Positions 1 through 9,342 of a stretch of 28,135 nucleotides of DNA are shown piece after piece. Position 1 is the stretch's first letter, and each line of letters starts with the position of its first letter. The notes beneath the pieces are model-generated. The model worked only from the letters and a program-made list of their open reading frames with translations, was not told where the DNA came from and searched no databases. This stretch comes from a virus. Taxonomy: Duplodnaviria > Caudoviricetes. The translations under genes were made by a program, and so were the position numbers. The stretch covers positions 1 through 28,135 of the IMG/VR virus record IMGVR_UViG_3300012031_000065; one strand, given 5' to 3'.

Positions 1-707
1 GTATGTGCGATCTTTTTAGTAAAATATGCCCTTGAATCAATTAAGTTTGGCTGTGCTATCAGTGGGTTATATCTGGTCATTTGAAGACGGTCACCAGATG
101 TAGACCCAGGAGCTATGCCTCTATCACTATAGTTATTTGGATAATTAGTTTGGAACACTGGGTCATCGCAGCTTGATGAATTTGGTTCTCCAGTTACACC
201 ACCTAAGAGCCATCTTCTCTCTACATCTGGTGAGAAGTCCAATTTTCCAAAGAAGCTGGCCCCTGGGGTAATGCCAATAGCCGATCCAAAGAAATAGAAA
301 TACTCGCCATCATCATCAACTATCATTGTCCATAAATTGAATGGAGGATTTAAGGTTGAACTTGCTCTCATAGGCATGAAATAATTATCAGCAGCAACTT
401 GTATGTTACTTGGGAATTGACCTGTCCCAACTGTAGCACTGGACATCGTCAAAAAACCTCTAGCTCTGACACCTTGCTGGCCTCCGGTGCCTTTTATTTG
501 AAGTGTGGGGCCACCAGCAAGCGTTGCTTGAAAGCATGCAATATCGCTAGGAGCATCTTCAAAAGCGAGCGTCCAACCACCTGTTGGAGTCCTAGTACCG
601 TACCCATCAATTAAAACGGCCTTTAGAATTGCCAGGTTTGATGCAGGACTATTGGCCACAAACTGCGGAGCTCCATCGTCAGTTGATTTATAAATTGTTG
701 CTGTCAT
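1..707 (-). CDS. Phage tail-associated structural protein (3' end runs off the window; not in ORF track)
   Basis: ATG at 707 preceded by GAGG; frame open to the window edge. Translates as MTATIYKSTDDGAPQFVANSPASNLAILKAVLIDGYGTRTPTGGWTLAFED..., a YxSTDxGAP...LKAxLxxGYG...GW pattern I recognise from phage tail-region proteins. Confidence 0.75.
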   Translation of the reverse strand, partial: MTATIYKSTDDGAPQFVANSPASNLAILKAVLIDGYGTRTPTGGWTLAFEDAPSDIACFQATLAGGPTLQIKGTGGQQGVRARGFLTMSSATVGTGQFPSNIQVAADNYFMPMRASSTLNPPFNLWTMIVDDDGEYFYFFGSAIGITPGASFFGKLDFSPDVERRWLLGGVTGEPNSSSCDDPVFQTNYPNNYSDRGIAPGSTSGDRLQMTRYNPLIAQPNLIDSRAYFTKKIAH

Positions 708-732
708 TGTAAGCCTCGTATTAAATTAGAAT

Positions 733-1977
733 TTACCATGCTTGAATATCCTGATCACTTGTCGGTGGTGGTCCCGGTGGTAAAGGTGGTTCTGGTGGGT
801 CTGGTGGATTGACTGGTTCCACAGTAGCCAGTCCAAAAAAGTTAGCTTCATCATTTCTGTTGACCTGCTGTGCTGCTTCATACGCAGCGTTAAGCGTGAC
901 ATTTCTTATGTGCCACTCCTTTAACGACCACTCGCAGTTATTTGCACTTAGGGTAAACGAATTGTCATTTATTCTGGACCTTGGATAAGGCCTATTTAAA
1001 AAGGTAGTATTAAAGCCAGTTTGCACACCATCCCGGTAGAATCTCCACTCTCCCAGAAAACCAGAGTAAATAACAGGATCCTCTGTGATGTCATACGAGC
1101 CCGACATAAGTAGACTTTCACCAGCTGCTCTGTAGGCCTCATCCTTAAGCTCACCAGCTAATGTAGTAGTATTCTCATATTTTAGACTGCCATTTTCATC
1201 AAAGCCAGCAAACGCTGGCCCATAACCACCGAAGAAGAGCCCTCTCAAACTAGGTGTCACAGGTGTTGGTGGGCTGCATGGTGGGCCTTGCTGTATGGCA
1301 ATAACTAATCTGCTAAATGATCTTGGTGTAGACTCACCACTGATAATGGGTAGTCCATCACCTGTCCTGTCAAGCACAATGCCATTAATGTTGGCCTCAA
1401 CCACACTGACAATATTTAAGTCCATGGTGAAAGTATAATTGAATTTTTCAATCAACTCGCCAGCAGCTCGCTTAAAGTATCTCGGCCTAGAGTTGTTCAT
1501 GGTCATGCCAAGCGCCCGGCTAAATGTCGGTGCTTCATCGCTACCTGCAGAAAAGGTATAGTTATTGGTTGAGTCTCTGCCATCTACCACCAGATGAGCG
1601 ACCAGTGCATAATCTGACCACACTGCATACTTACCTAATGGGCTACTAACACCTGACAATACCGGGTCGCCTGTGACTATTGTTTCGAGATAAATATTTT
1701 GGCCACCAGACGCCAGTAATGGACTATTTAACCTAGCCCAAATCTCAAGGATCTGAGCGCCAGCATCCACAATGACGACCTCCACAGGCAGGCCTGTAAC
1801 CTTTCCAGCATCAGCAAACAATCTTAAATTACCACCATCAGCAGACAAATCAGACCAAAATGCGACCTGCTCCGGTGCCGTTAGTTTTGCAATTGTTATC
1901 TCAGTTAACTTAAAAACATAGTCAACATTAGTATCCTGTGCTGGCACATAGCTTATTGGGATAGTGTAAAAGCTCAT
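733..1977 (-). CDS. Tail/receptor-binding accessory protein, DUF2341-like N-terminus plus putative LamG/concanavalin-like domain, Pro-rich C-terminus
   Basis: 414 aa. FWSDLSADGGNLRLF...LPVEV...EIWARL...AVWSDYALVAHL...DSTNN resembles DUF2341-type proteins; beta-rich middle; PPDPPEPPLPPGPPP tail; ATGA overlap with the upstream gene. Confidence 0.6.
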   Translation of the reverse strand: MSFYTIPISYVPAQDTNVDYVFKLTEITIAKLTAPEQVAFWSDLSADGGNLRLFADAGKVTGLPVEVVIVDAGAQILEIWARLNSPLLASGGQNIYLETIVTGDPVLSGVSSPLGKYAVWSDYALVAHLVVDGRDSTNNYTFSAGSDEAPTFSRALGMTMNNSRPRYFKRAAGELIEKFNYTFTMDLNIVSVVEANINGIVLDRTGDGLPIISGESTPRSFSRLVIAIQQGPPCSPPTPVTPSLRGLFFGGYGPAFAGFDENGSLKYENTTTLAGELKDEAYRAAGESLLMSGSYDITEDPVIYSGFLGEWRFYRDGVQTGFNTTFLNRPYPRSRINDNSFTLSANNCEWSLKEWHIRNVTLNAAYEAAQQVNRNDEANFFGLATVEPVNPPDPPEPPLPPGPPPTSDQDIQAW

Positions 1978-3581
1978 ACATTCTGATACTCAAATATGAC
2001 GGTTAAATCTGACCCTGCAGTTGTTGACCCCACCTTAGTCACGTTTACTGTCAGGTAATCCGTCTGATTAACCAGCAGTGGCAATGGAGGAAAGAACTGA
2101 GCGCTCACGTTAGCGCCATCTGGTATTGACAATGACTGTAACAATACACCATTCTTTACTATTTCCACATCAACATTTGAACCTACTGGTGCAATACCAA
2201 CTGCGAGCCTAATGCTCAATAATGTAATATTGTTTGGTGGATAAAATCTTGCGGTACCAGTCAGCAATACGAGCGCAAGAGGCTGCGACAATGTGATGGT
2301 CTGGTCTATTGACTCCACTATTGTTTGTGGTGGTGTCTGGTTTAAATCCCAGCGATTAAGCAGGCCATTCCAGATAATCTGGTCCCTTAAATTCACGTCT
2401 ATTGGTGCCGGAATATTCCCATTTAGACTGACGGTAATAGTGCCAGCAGTCGATATTTGATATAAGTCACCAGGCAATGGGTCAAGTGGAAGCGCTGCGT
2501 CACCAGCAGAGACATTTAACTGCCCACGATATATTAAACCACCAGCGGCTGAGCCTGCTGTAGCCTCCACAGCCTCAATTGCGGCCTTATTACTATCTAT
2601 CAACACCTTAAGCTCGTTTATGGCGTCCTGAACATTTGTAGAGGACAACTGGCTTACGATGTTTGAAAAGCTAACAGAGGCTGCTTGGGTCACTGATGGC
2701 AACACATCCCAATTAGTGGTACCAGCGTTATATACAAGGCTTTCACCTAAGTTAACTAATTGAGATGTTGGTGCAGCACCGTTTCTTGATACTGTTACCG
2801 TACCACCAGTTGATACTGTGTAGTAGTCGCCACCTGCTGGTCCTGCTGGCAATGCAGCGTTGCCAGACGTTAAGTTAAGGTTTCCTCGGTAGCTTAATGG
2901 CTGACCGCTGCCCTGCACGATAGCATTTATCTCATCGATGGCTGCTTGCACATCTGTCGCAGATAAACCTGATACAGTGTTGTTAAACGTCAGGCCATTT
3001 GCAGCTGTGATTGCTTGCCAGTTTGAGCCATTGTCATTGCTAGGCCTGTTATTCAAATTCCCATTTGTGGCCGACTTGTAAAGTGTGCCGCCCTCGATGA
3101 CCAGTATATTGATGTTGTATATCTCTCGAGCATTCCACACCCTGATCTGGTTTAGCTGTGACCACTTGTCATTGTCATCCACATTCTGTGTTGGGTCATT
3201 GCCTTGATTGTTTCCGACTAGGCTAATGTAGGGAATACCATCAGAGGCAAATACAAGACTATTGGCAGCATACACAATGTTGCTTTGCCATGGCTCAAAC
3301 GCGCCTCCTCCAGTCTCTGAGCTAACCGGGTCTACATCAAATATTTGCACACCGTTTGCGTCAGTCAACACGCATCTAGCTGAAGCGCTAAAGAATATGT
3401 TTGGGACTGCGCCACGACCGTTAAGTGTGACCGGGTTTTGTATTGCAATTGTTTCGTTCACATCACCAAAAATAGGAAGCAGAACATCTGTACTTGACGC
3501 ATAAAAAGCCAATGTACCACCAGCTAATAGGTCACCATTTGCTGCGATAAATTGTGGTATAGGATTTGAAAATCTACTCAT
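1974..3581 (-). CDS. Tailspike/tail fibre with P22-type head-binding N-terminal domain and carbohydrate-binding-like repeats
   Basis: 535 aa directly after the ejection genes. N-terminus NPIPQFIAANGDLLAGGTLAFY...NPVTLNGRG is typical of podovirus tailspike anchors. Two WxxxxxY...GxxY motifs are CBM5/12-like, and there are two VQxAIxE segments. Confidence 0.8.
   Translation of the reverse strand: MSRFSNPIPQFIAANGDLLAGGTLAFYASSTDVLLPIFGDVNETIAIQNPVTLNGRGAVPNIFFSASARCVLTDANGVQIFDVDPVSSETGGGAFEPWQSNIVYAANSLVFASDGIPYISLVGNNQGNDPTQNVDDNDKWSQLNQIRVWNAREIYNINILVIEGGTLYKSATNGNLNNRPSNDNGSNWQAITAANGLTFNNTVSGLSATDVQAAIDEINAIVQGSGQPLSYRGNLNLTSGNAALPAGPAGGDYYTVSTGGTVTVSRNGAAPTSQLVNLGESLVYNAGTTNWDVLPSVTQAASVSFSNIVSQLSSTNVQDAINELKVLIDSNKAAIEAVEATAGSAAGGLIYRGQLNVSAGDAALPLDPLPGDLYQISTAGTITVSLNGNIPAPIDVNLRDQIIWNGLLNRWDLNQTPPQTIVESIDQTITLSQPLALVLLTGTARFYPPNNITLLSIRLAVGIAPVGSNVDVEIVKNGVLLQSLSIPDGANVSAQFFPPLPLLVNQTDYLTVNVTKVGSTTAGSDLTVIFEYQNV
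2345..3008 (-). repeat. Protein-level tandem duplication (~110 aa x2) inside the tail fibre
   Basis: FNNTVSGLSATDVQAAIDEI...YRGNLNLTSGNAALPAGPAGGDYYTVSTGGTVTVSRNG...VNL...WD aligns with FSNIVSQLSSTNVQDAINEL...YRGQLNVSAGDAALPLDPLPGDLYQISTAGTITVSLNG...VNL...WD. Boundaries approximate. Confidence 0.85.
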
Positions 3582-5745
3582 TGCCTTTGTTCCTATCAGT
3601 GGTCGTTATATTGGTCCCTGTACGTCTGCGGTTGCTCGCGTCAAGCTCATTTAGCATGCGATTAACGGCTCTCGATGCATTTGATTCGTTTATGCCTCTC
3701 ATATCATCGATGACGCCACCAACCAATTGTGCGCCTCTCTCGAGTATAGCCGCTTTTGGTTCTGCTACCAGTCTAGCTGAGTCAATTCCCTGTGAAATTG
3801 TCGACTTCATCCCACCAGGTATTAAGGTTGGCATCATGCTGTTAAGCATATTGTCAAAAGAGATAAGCCTGTTTATCTGCACGTTGTCATTAAGGCCATA
3901 CTTACCAGTCACATCCTCTATGTTGGTAAGTGTCTGCCTGATGTCTATGCCTGAAGCGTAATTTGATAGCGTTTTGCGTAATTCCTGACCTATTTTCTGT
4001 ATATCATACTCTTCCTGCAGTTTCGGATTGAGCTGCAACTTCTTCTTTATTTTGAATGCATTCTCTGAATTATCGAGCGCTGACTTGAGCTCTGCGTAGC
4101 TTTCATTGGCAGCTTTATACTCTGGGTTAATTCTACCGAGATATCCGTTTATATCAGCTCTGAGGCCCTGCAGCGCTATTTCTACACCAGCAGACAAACC
4201 TTCCTGCTTCTGCCCATAGGAAATATTCTCATCCAAGCGTTTTTTAAAGAAGTGCAGGTCCCTAGGTGTCATCTGTCTGGTGGATAAGTCATTCATAGTG
4301 TCTACTATGATTTTTCTAAATGCCGGAATATCACGCACAGACGAGTTATCGAACAGTGGTGCCAGTGTTTGCTCATTTAGCTCAATGCCTAGATCCTCTA
4401 GAGAGTCGACAAATCGGTTGGCTATTGGCGCAGAGTCATTAAGTGGTATCACCTCATTGCCAAAGTTTTTGACCGATGCATTTATCTCAGCACCGACCTG
4501 CTTGCGCTTGTTGTTCAAGTACCCAATGCGCCTATTGACAATGTCACCCATGGCCATCGATGGCCTCAGCTCTGCAGCCAGCCCCTCATCGTTTAGCACA
4601 TCATTAGCATTGCCGAGCATATTACGCATAATCTTGCGCGTTTCTGGTGTGGTCGCTTTCATGTTAGCAACTGCACCTTTGCTGGCTCCCTGTTTGATTA
4701 CTCCAGCTGCTGCTTCGTCAGGCTTGCTTGCAATAGAACTTACCATCTGTCTGGCATATGCCGGGTTCTCACGCATTTCGTTCTCGATCATCTTCATTTC
4801 GTCATAATCGATACGTCTTTGCTGCTGGCTTATTTTATCGATGGCCATAAGCTGCCGATCTGCCATTGCTGCGCCATTTACGTCTTGTAGTTGTCCATTT
4901 CTAGGCTGCTGCATCGTGATGGACCGCATCTTCTCTTGAAGCTGAGTAGCCTGCTTGTCTAGTCGTCTTTGGATAAGTGGTTTTTGTGTGTAGCGAGCAC
5001 CTATAAGTAATGGCAATCCATCAGTGGCAGTCTTTACTGCAGCAGCCCAAGCTGGGTCCCCTGTTGCTGCATAATTAGCGTCAGCTAAAACATCACCCAT
5101 GGAGCGTTCACCAGATTGCACCTGAGCAATTGAGGCAACTGCTGAGTCCAGATCCTGAGTCATTATCAATTCAGATAAACCAGCATAACCTGACATCGGG
5201 ATCATTAGCTTTTCGCCAAGCCATTGAAGCCCGGCCATCGCAGTTTTCCCTTCCTCAGTTTTTGGACTGGCAAAGTCATCAATAAGCTTTTGCCTAGCGT
5301 TGAACTGGTCGGTATCTCTAGACACACTTTCGCCACCAAATATTGCTTGAGAACCGGAATACAAGCCGTTTAACGAGGTACCCAGCATTGCAACTGCGCC
5401 TCTTGTAATTGGCTCTGCATAATCCAGAATATTGCCTTCTCTTGGCGCATTTGGGTCCTGTCCCATCTGTATTTGCATCTTGTTGTAGTCATCAAGTGCT
5501 TTTTTAAATGTGCTTGGCTTGTCCATCTGCTTTGGTGCTGGTGCTGGTGGAGGCTGGGCTGGCATTTGCTCCTGCGCCTTAGCGCTTTGGATTAATGCAG
5601 CAATATCATCTTCCTCTGCAGCTTGCTGCACTGGATTTTGTTGTGCAGGTTTCATTGGTGCCTGTTCTGGCTTCATACCCTGCTGCTGCATTTGCAATAT
5701 CAAATTCTCGATATCGTCCTGTTCTCGCTTATTATTTGGTTGCAT
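3574..5745 (-). CDS. Large DNA ejection/internal virion protein (P22 gp16 position)
   Basis: 723 aa, predicted helical. Last and largest of the ejection cluster before the tailspike; LHFFKKRLDENISYG and YKAANESYA segments are typical of this class. Confidence 0.65.
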   Translation of the reverse strand: MQPNNKREQDDIENLILQMQQQGMKPEQAPMKPAQQNPVQQAAEEDDIAALIQSAKAQEQMPAQPPPAPAPKQMDKPSTFKKALDDYNKMQIQMGQDPNAPREGNILDYAEPITRGAVAMLGTSLNGLYSGSQAIFGGESVSRDTDQFNARQKLIDDFASPKTEEGKTAMAGLQWLGEKLMIPMSGYAGLSELIMTQDLDSAVASIAQVQSGERSMGDVLADANYAATGDPAWAAAVKTATDGLPLLIGARYTQKPLIQRRLDKQATQLQEKMRSITMQQPRNGQLQDVNGAAMADRQLMAIDKISQQQRRIDYDEMKMIENEMRENPAYARQMVSSIASKPDEAAAGVIKQGASKGAVANMKATTPETRKIMRNMLGNANDVLNDEGLAAELRPSMAMGDIVNRRIGYLNNKRKQVGAEINASVKNFGNEVIPLNDSAPIANRFVDSLEDLGIELNEQTLAPLFDNSSVRDIPAFRKIIVDTMNDLSTRQMTPRDLHFFKKRLDENISYGQKQEGLSAGVEIALQGLRADINGYLGRINPEYKAANESYAELKSALDNSENAFKIKKKLQLNPKLQEEYDIQKIGQELRKTLSNYASGIDIRQTLTNIEDVTGKYGLNDNVQINRLISFDNMLNSMMPTLIPGGMKSTISQGIDSARLVAEPKAAILERGAQLVGGVIDDMRGINESNASRAVNRMLNELDASNRRRTGTNITTTDRNKGNE

Positions 5746-6971
5746 TATTCCACCTTCAGCATGTCATAAATCTGGCGAGTAGAGAAACCAGCGGCACGAA
5801 GTCTAGTAACATCCTCCTGCTTTATAGCTCGTCCTAGCTGACCAGACTGCTTGCCATTGAATAGTCTTTTATCGATGACAGGCTGCTTATCTTCTGATGA
5901 TGCAGTAAGTCGATTGCTCAACTCGGTCAAGTCTTTTACGACCTGCTCATAGTTACCCAGTATGCCATTTTCTGTAATATTCAAACCACCTGACGAGATT
6001 CGCTGCAAGAACTCGATATCTTTCTGCGTTAATACACCTGTCATTAAGCGAAGGTTATCTTTGGTCACTAATGATGCAAGCTCTAGAGCTTTATTGATCA
6101 CAGCTTGTGAGTTTGCAAAGGTTGGTGTGTTATCCAGATAAAACTGACCACCCACCACAGAGCTTAGACCTTCATTAGCTGCCAGATCACTTGAAATAGT
6201 AGCTGCTCTTTTTGCCAGGTCTAAACCTTCCTGCTCTTCAAAAACAGCGTTAACTTGAGACTGGCGTTTATTGACGACCTCGAGCTGCTTCATCGTATCG
6301 TTTGCTTCTTGTGCTGCAGTCGGAGACTTGGTGATCTTTTTCACTATTTCACCGCTTGCACTGTCCATGATTTGAATATCAGTACCAGCATCGATGGACC
6401 GGAAGCGTCCAACTTTTGGCTCGCCTTTTTCTGGACCTGCGTAGCTTACATCTCTGTTTTTAGCCTGCTCGGTAGATGCAAGCATCTGATTGACACCATT
6501 GACAAAATACTCTGGATCATTCTGGTACAGCATAAACGACCTAATCGTGTCATCAGGTCGCCTGCCGCCCTCTGCCAGCCTTGTAATGCGAGATGCTAAA
6601 TGGTTAGCGCCACCTTGAATGTTACCAGTAACAGCCATGTCTCTGGCTGTAATCATGTCGTCAATGTACATTTGCTGATCCTCAGCTGACAAAGCAGTAA
6701 ATCTTTCTCTGCTTCTCTGAGCAGACTCAGGAGAAAGCTCTTCGAGTCTCTGCAAGTCCACACTTGACGCCAGTTTGAACTCCGGATCTTCCATACTTTT
6801 TGATAGTGTATCAAACAAAGTAGATGCTTCGGCCTGTTGAGATTGCATTTGCGAGCGCTGTTCCTGTTCTCTCTGGTCATCTCTAATTCTTTGCCCAAAC
6901 TCATACCCGGCCATCGCATTTTGCAACGGACTGCCCTGATTGCCTTGCATTAATCTAAAGTCAATAGCCAT
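5745..6971 (-). CDS. DNA ejection protein (P22 gp20 position)
   Basis: 408 aa, helical. Starts MAIDFRL...PLQNAMAGYEFGQ and has a C-terminal GVLTQKDIEFL motif typical of gp20-like proteins; synteny. Confidence 0.65.
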   Translation of the reverse strand: MAIDFRLMQGNQGSPLQNAMAGYEFGQRIRDDQREQEQRSQMQSQQAEASTLFDTLSKSMEDPEFKLASSVDLQRLEELSPESAQRSRERFTALSAEDQQMYIDDMITARDMAVTGNIQGGANHLASRITRLAEGGRRPDDTIRSFMLYQNDPEYFVNGVNQMLASTEQAKNRDVSYAGPEKGEPKVGRFRSIDAGTDIQIMDSASGEIVKKITKSPTAAQEANDTMKQLEVVNKRQSQVNAVFEEQEGLDLAKRAATISSDLAANEGLSSVVGGQFYLDNTPTFANSQAVINKALELASLVTKDNLRLMTGVLTQKDIEFLQRISSGGLNITENGILGNYEQVVKDLTELSNRLTASSEDKQPVIDKRLFNGKQSGQLGRAIKQEDVTRLRAAGFSTRQIYDMLKVE

Positions 6972-6988
6972 TATTTAATCCTCTAATC

Positions 6989-8770
6989 CTATCTTTTTGG
7001 AAAACCACCAGTCATAGCAAATGCGCCAGTCAGCTGACCGAGTAAATTGCTTGTGTTGCCTGCTCCAGCAAGTGCTGCGTTAGCTTGTGCATTACCAGCA
7101 TTGCCAATTGCTGCACTACCACCAGCTGCGCTCTGTGTTGCCAATGCCTGAAGTAGCTCTGCCATTCTAATTTGGTCGTTTGCTGTCATTGCACCGGAGT
7201 TTTGCAGGAAGTTTGCCAGATTATTTGTGACTTGATCTACTTGGCCTGCGACCTGCTGACCCTGCTGATTTACTAGGCCTGATTGAGCACCAGATTGACC
7301 AGCCAGCATTTCAGCCAAGTCACGACCTGCTTGCTGTCTACCTTGAGCCAATTGACCTGCTCCAGTCATCAACAGGTTGGCACCAAACTGGCCGCCTTGT
7401 TGCATTACGTAGCCTGCCTGCCCACCTAGGTTTGCCAGCTGACCGGAAATATTTTGAGCAAGACCAGACTGTTGCTGGCCTGTGCTTTGAGCCAGGTTAG
7501 CCTGAAGCTGCCCCCCTTGCTGCGCGATACCAGCACCTTGCTGCGCTAGGTTGGCTTGTAGCTGTCCGGTTGCTTGGTCGAGGTTAGCGCTGTTCATGCC
7601 AGTGCTCATGATGTTTTGGCCTTGTCGACCAAAGATATCAGCCTGCTGACCACCAAGCTGCTGCAGTAAGCTTGCGCCTGTCTGACCTTGTTGAGCACCT
7701 AGCTGTGCCATCTGACCACCAGCCTCTAGGCCTCTATTGGCGACTCCACCAAGCCTGTCAAATGCCGCGCCAAATTGCTGAGCTGCTAAGCCCTGCCCAA
7801 ATCTTGCCAACTCACGTTGTACCTCACCACCACCCAAGCCTCCTGTAGCAGCTGCGTTAGCCATAACTGCCCGATTGCCTTGCTCGCGTAAGAACTCGAA
7901 CTCTGGGCTGTTTAAAGTGGCATTCATCGCCATTTGCTGTGCTTGCGGTCCCATAGCACCTGACAAAGCTGCTTGCTGCTGCTGCGCTTGAGCGCCACCT
8001 TGAGCAAATCCTTGTAAGTCACCGCGAGCCTGACCATATCCCTGATTTAATGCATTCATACCCTGACCTGCTCTTAGGCCTAGCATTTGGTTAGCATTGT
8101 TGAGCTGTTGATTGGCGTCAGAAAGACCCTGCATCAATGAGTTTTGGCCCATAGCATTTGACTGGTTAGCAAACTGCTGACCTTGGTTGATCATGCCAAG
8201 GCCTTGGTTTGTACCCTGACGCGCTGCTATCTGTGAAAATGTACCAGACTGGTTGAGCGCATTCTGCGCCTGATTCTGCTGGTTCAGCACATCCTGTCTG
8301 GTACCCTGTAACGTAGCCATAGCACCAGCGCTGCCCTGTTGTGCAAAATTAAGTCCAGCATTCATGCCGCCACCAATAGCAGACTCAAATCCTGCCAGCC
8401 CATAATTCTGACTACCACCAGCTTGCGCCATTGGCATATTCTGTCTGGTTAACTGGCCTTGCTGATACTGTGGCTGCTGCTGTTGCATTCCTGACAAATT
8501 TACAGGTATAGGCTGGCTAGATGGCTGACCCTGACGTACCATTTGACCTGTCATCGCACCAGCTCTAGCAGCGTCATCAAACTGAGGCCTGTAATTATAA
8601 CCTGTAGGCATAACATCCTGCTGCCTATTGCCAGCCATCTTTGATTGCAAGTTAATTGGCGATTGCATACCCTGACCTTGCATCATAGGCTGCGGCATTA
8701 TTTGCTGTGGTCCCATTTGACTTACTTGGCCCATCATTGGCTTTAGTATTGCTTGGTTTCTAACTATCAT
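6989..8770 (-). CDS. Gln/Gly/Ala-rich ejection (DNA transfer) protein with gp7-like core motif
   Basis: 593 aa. SPEFEFLREQGNRAVMANAAATGGLGGG...YGQG-type motif (here FGQGLA) is characteristic of gp7-like DNA transfer proteins; repeated GQLQANLAQ units. Confidence 0.7.
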   Translation of the reverse strand: MIVRNQAILKPMMGQVSQMGPQQIMPQPMMQGQGMQSPINLQSKMAGNRQQDVMPTGYNYRPQFDDAARAGAMTGQMVRQGQPSSQPIPVNLSGMQQQQPQYQQGQLTRQNMPMAQAGGSQNYGLAGFESAIGGGMNAGLNFAQQGSAGAMATLQGTRQDVLNQQNQAQNALNQSGTFSQIAARQGTNQGLGMINQGQQFANQSNAMGQNSLMQGLSDANQQLNNANQMLGLRAGQGMNALNQGYGQARGDLQGFAQGGAQAQQQQAALSGAMGPQAQQMAMNATLNSPEFEFLREQGNRAVMANAAATGGLGGGEVQRELARFGQGLAAQQFGAAFDRLGGVANRGLEAGGQMAQLGAQQGQTGASLLQQLGGQQADIFGRQGQNIMSTGMNSANLDQATGQLQANLAQQGAGIAQQGGQLQANLAQSTGQQQSGLAQNISGQLANLGGQAGYVMQQGGQFGANLLMTGAGQLAQGRQQAGRDLAEMLAGQSGAQSGLVNQQGQQVAGQVDQVTNNLANFLQNSGAMTANDQIRMAELLQALATQSAAGGSAAIGNAGNAQANAALAGAGNTSNLLGQLTGAFAMTGGFPKR

Positions 8771-9342
8771 TATCTAAGCCTCATCGTATTTTGTGACCCA
8801 AAGTCACGAAAATTTAGACCCCTGTAACCACCTCCAGCAGCAAACTGATTGCCTTTAAAAATGTCAGGTATCCCAATATTAGGTGCCGGAACATTTCCAG
8901 GTGGAGACTGATCTTCCTGCCGAGGTGGATTGTACACATTCGGCACACCTGCCAGCAGGCCCTGAAGGTCTACGTTGACTCTCTGTGGTTGCATAAAGTC
9001 ATAATTGACTGCGCCACCCATGAGAGCATTTTGTATCTGAGGCATTGACCCAGCGAGTATGTTTTGAGCGCCCATGTTGCCTTGCTGGAATGCATCCATA
9101 GTCATCGGTGCAGACCGACTTAATAGGTCCATAGCCTGCTGAGTACCAGCAAGTCTTGACTGAGTAGCAGCCGGAATAAACTTATTAATGTCTTGTCTGG
9201 CTTTGCCCTCTTGTTCGGCCATGTAATTAAGCTGTTCATCTGATGTTTTCTGTGCAGTGTCAGCTGCTCGCCTTGATCCACTTCTCGAAGCCACTGCGCC
9301 AATAATGGCAGACCCTGCTACCGCTGCTGCTATTCCGCTCAT
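8770..9342 (-). CDS. Small ejection (DNA transfer) protein, gp7-like N-terminal part
   Basis: 190 aa. Hydrophobic Gly/Ala N-terminus MSGIAAAVAGSAIIGAVAS followed by AADTAQ...Q..ARQDINKF, as in gp7-type pilot proteins; TAATG-coupled to the next gene. Confidence 0.7.
   Translation of the reverse strand: MSGIAAAVAGSAIIGAVASRSGSRRAADTAQKTSDEQLNYMAEQEGKARQDINKFIPAATQSRLAGTQQAMDLLSRSAPMTMDAFQQGNMGAQNILAGSMPQIQNALMGGAVNYDFMQPQRVNVDLQGLLAGVPNVYNPPRQEDQSPPGNVPAPNIGIPDIFKGNQFAAGGGYRGLNFRDFGSQNTMRLR

Noticed and set aside
1-3581. Diversity-generating retroelement target in tail genes
   Set aside because: No reverse transcriptase and no template/variable repeat pair with adenine-specific mismatches visible in the window.
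6989-8770. CAG/CTG-rich stretches as a DNA tandem-repeat locus
   Set aside because: Explained by Gln/Ala/Gly codon usage of the ejection protein; no exact long nucleotide repeats seen.
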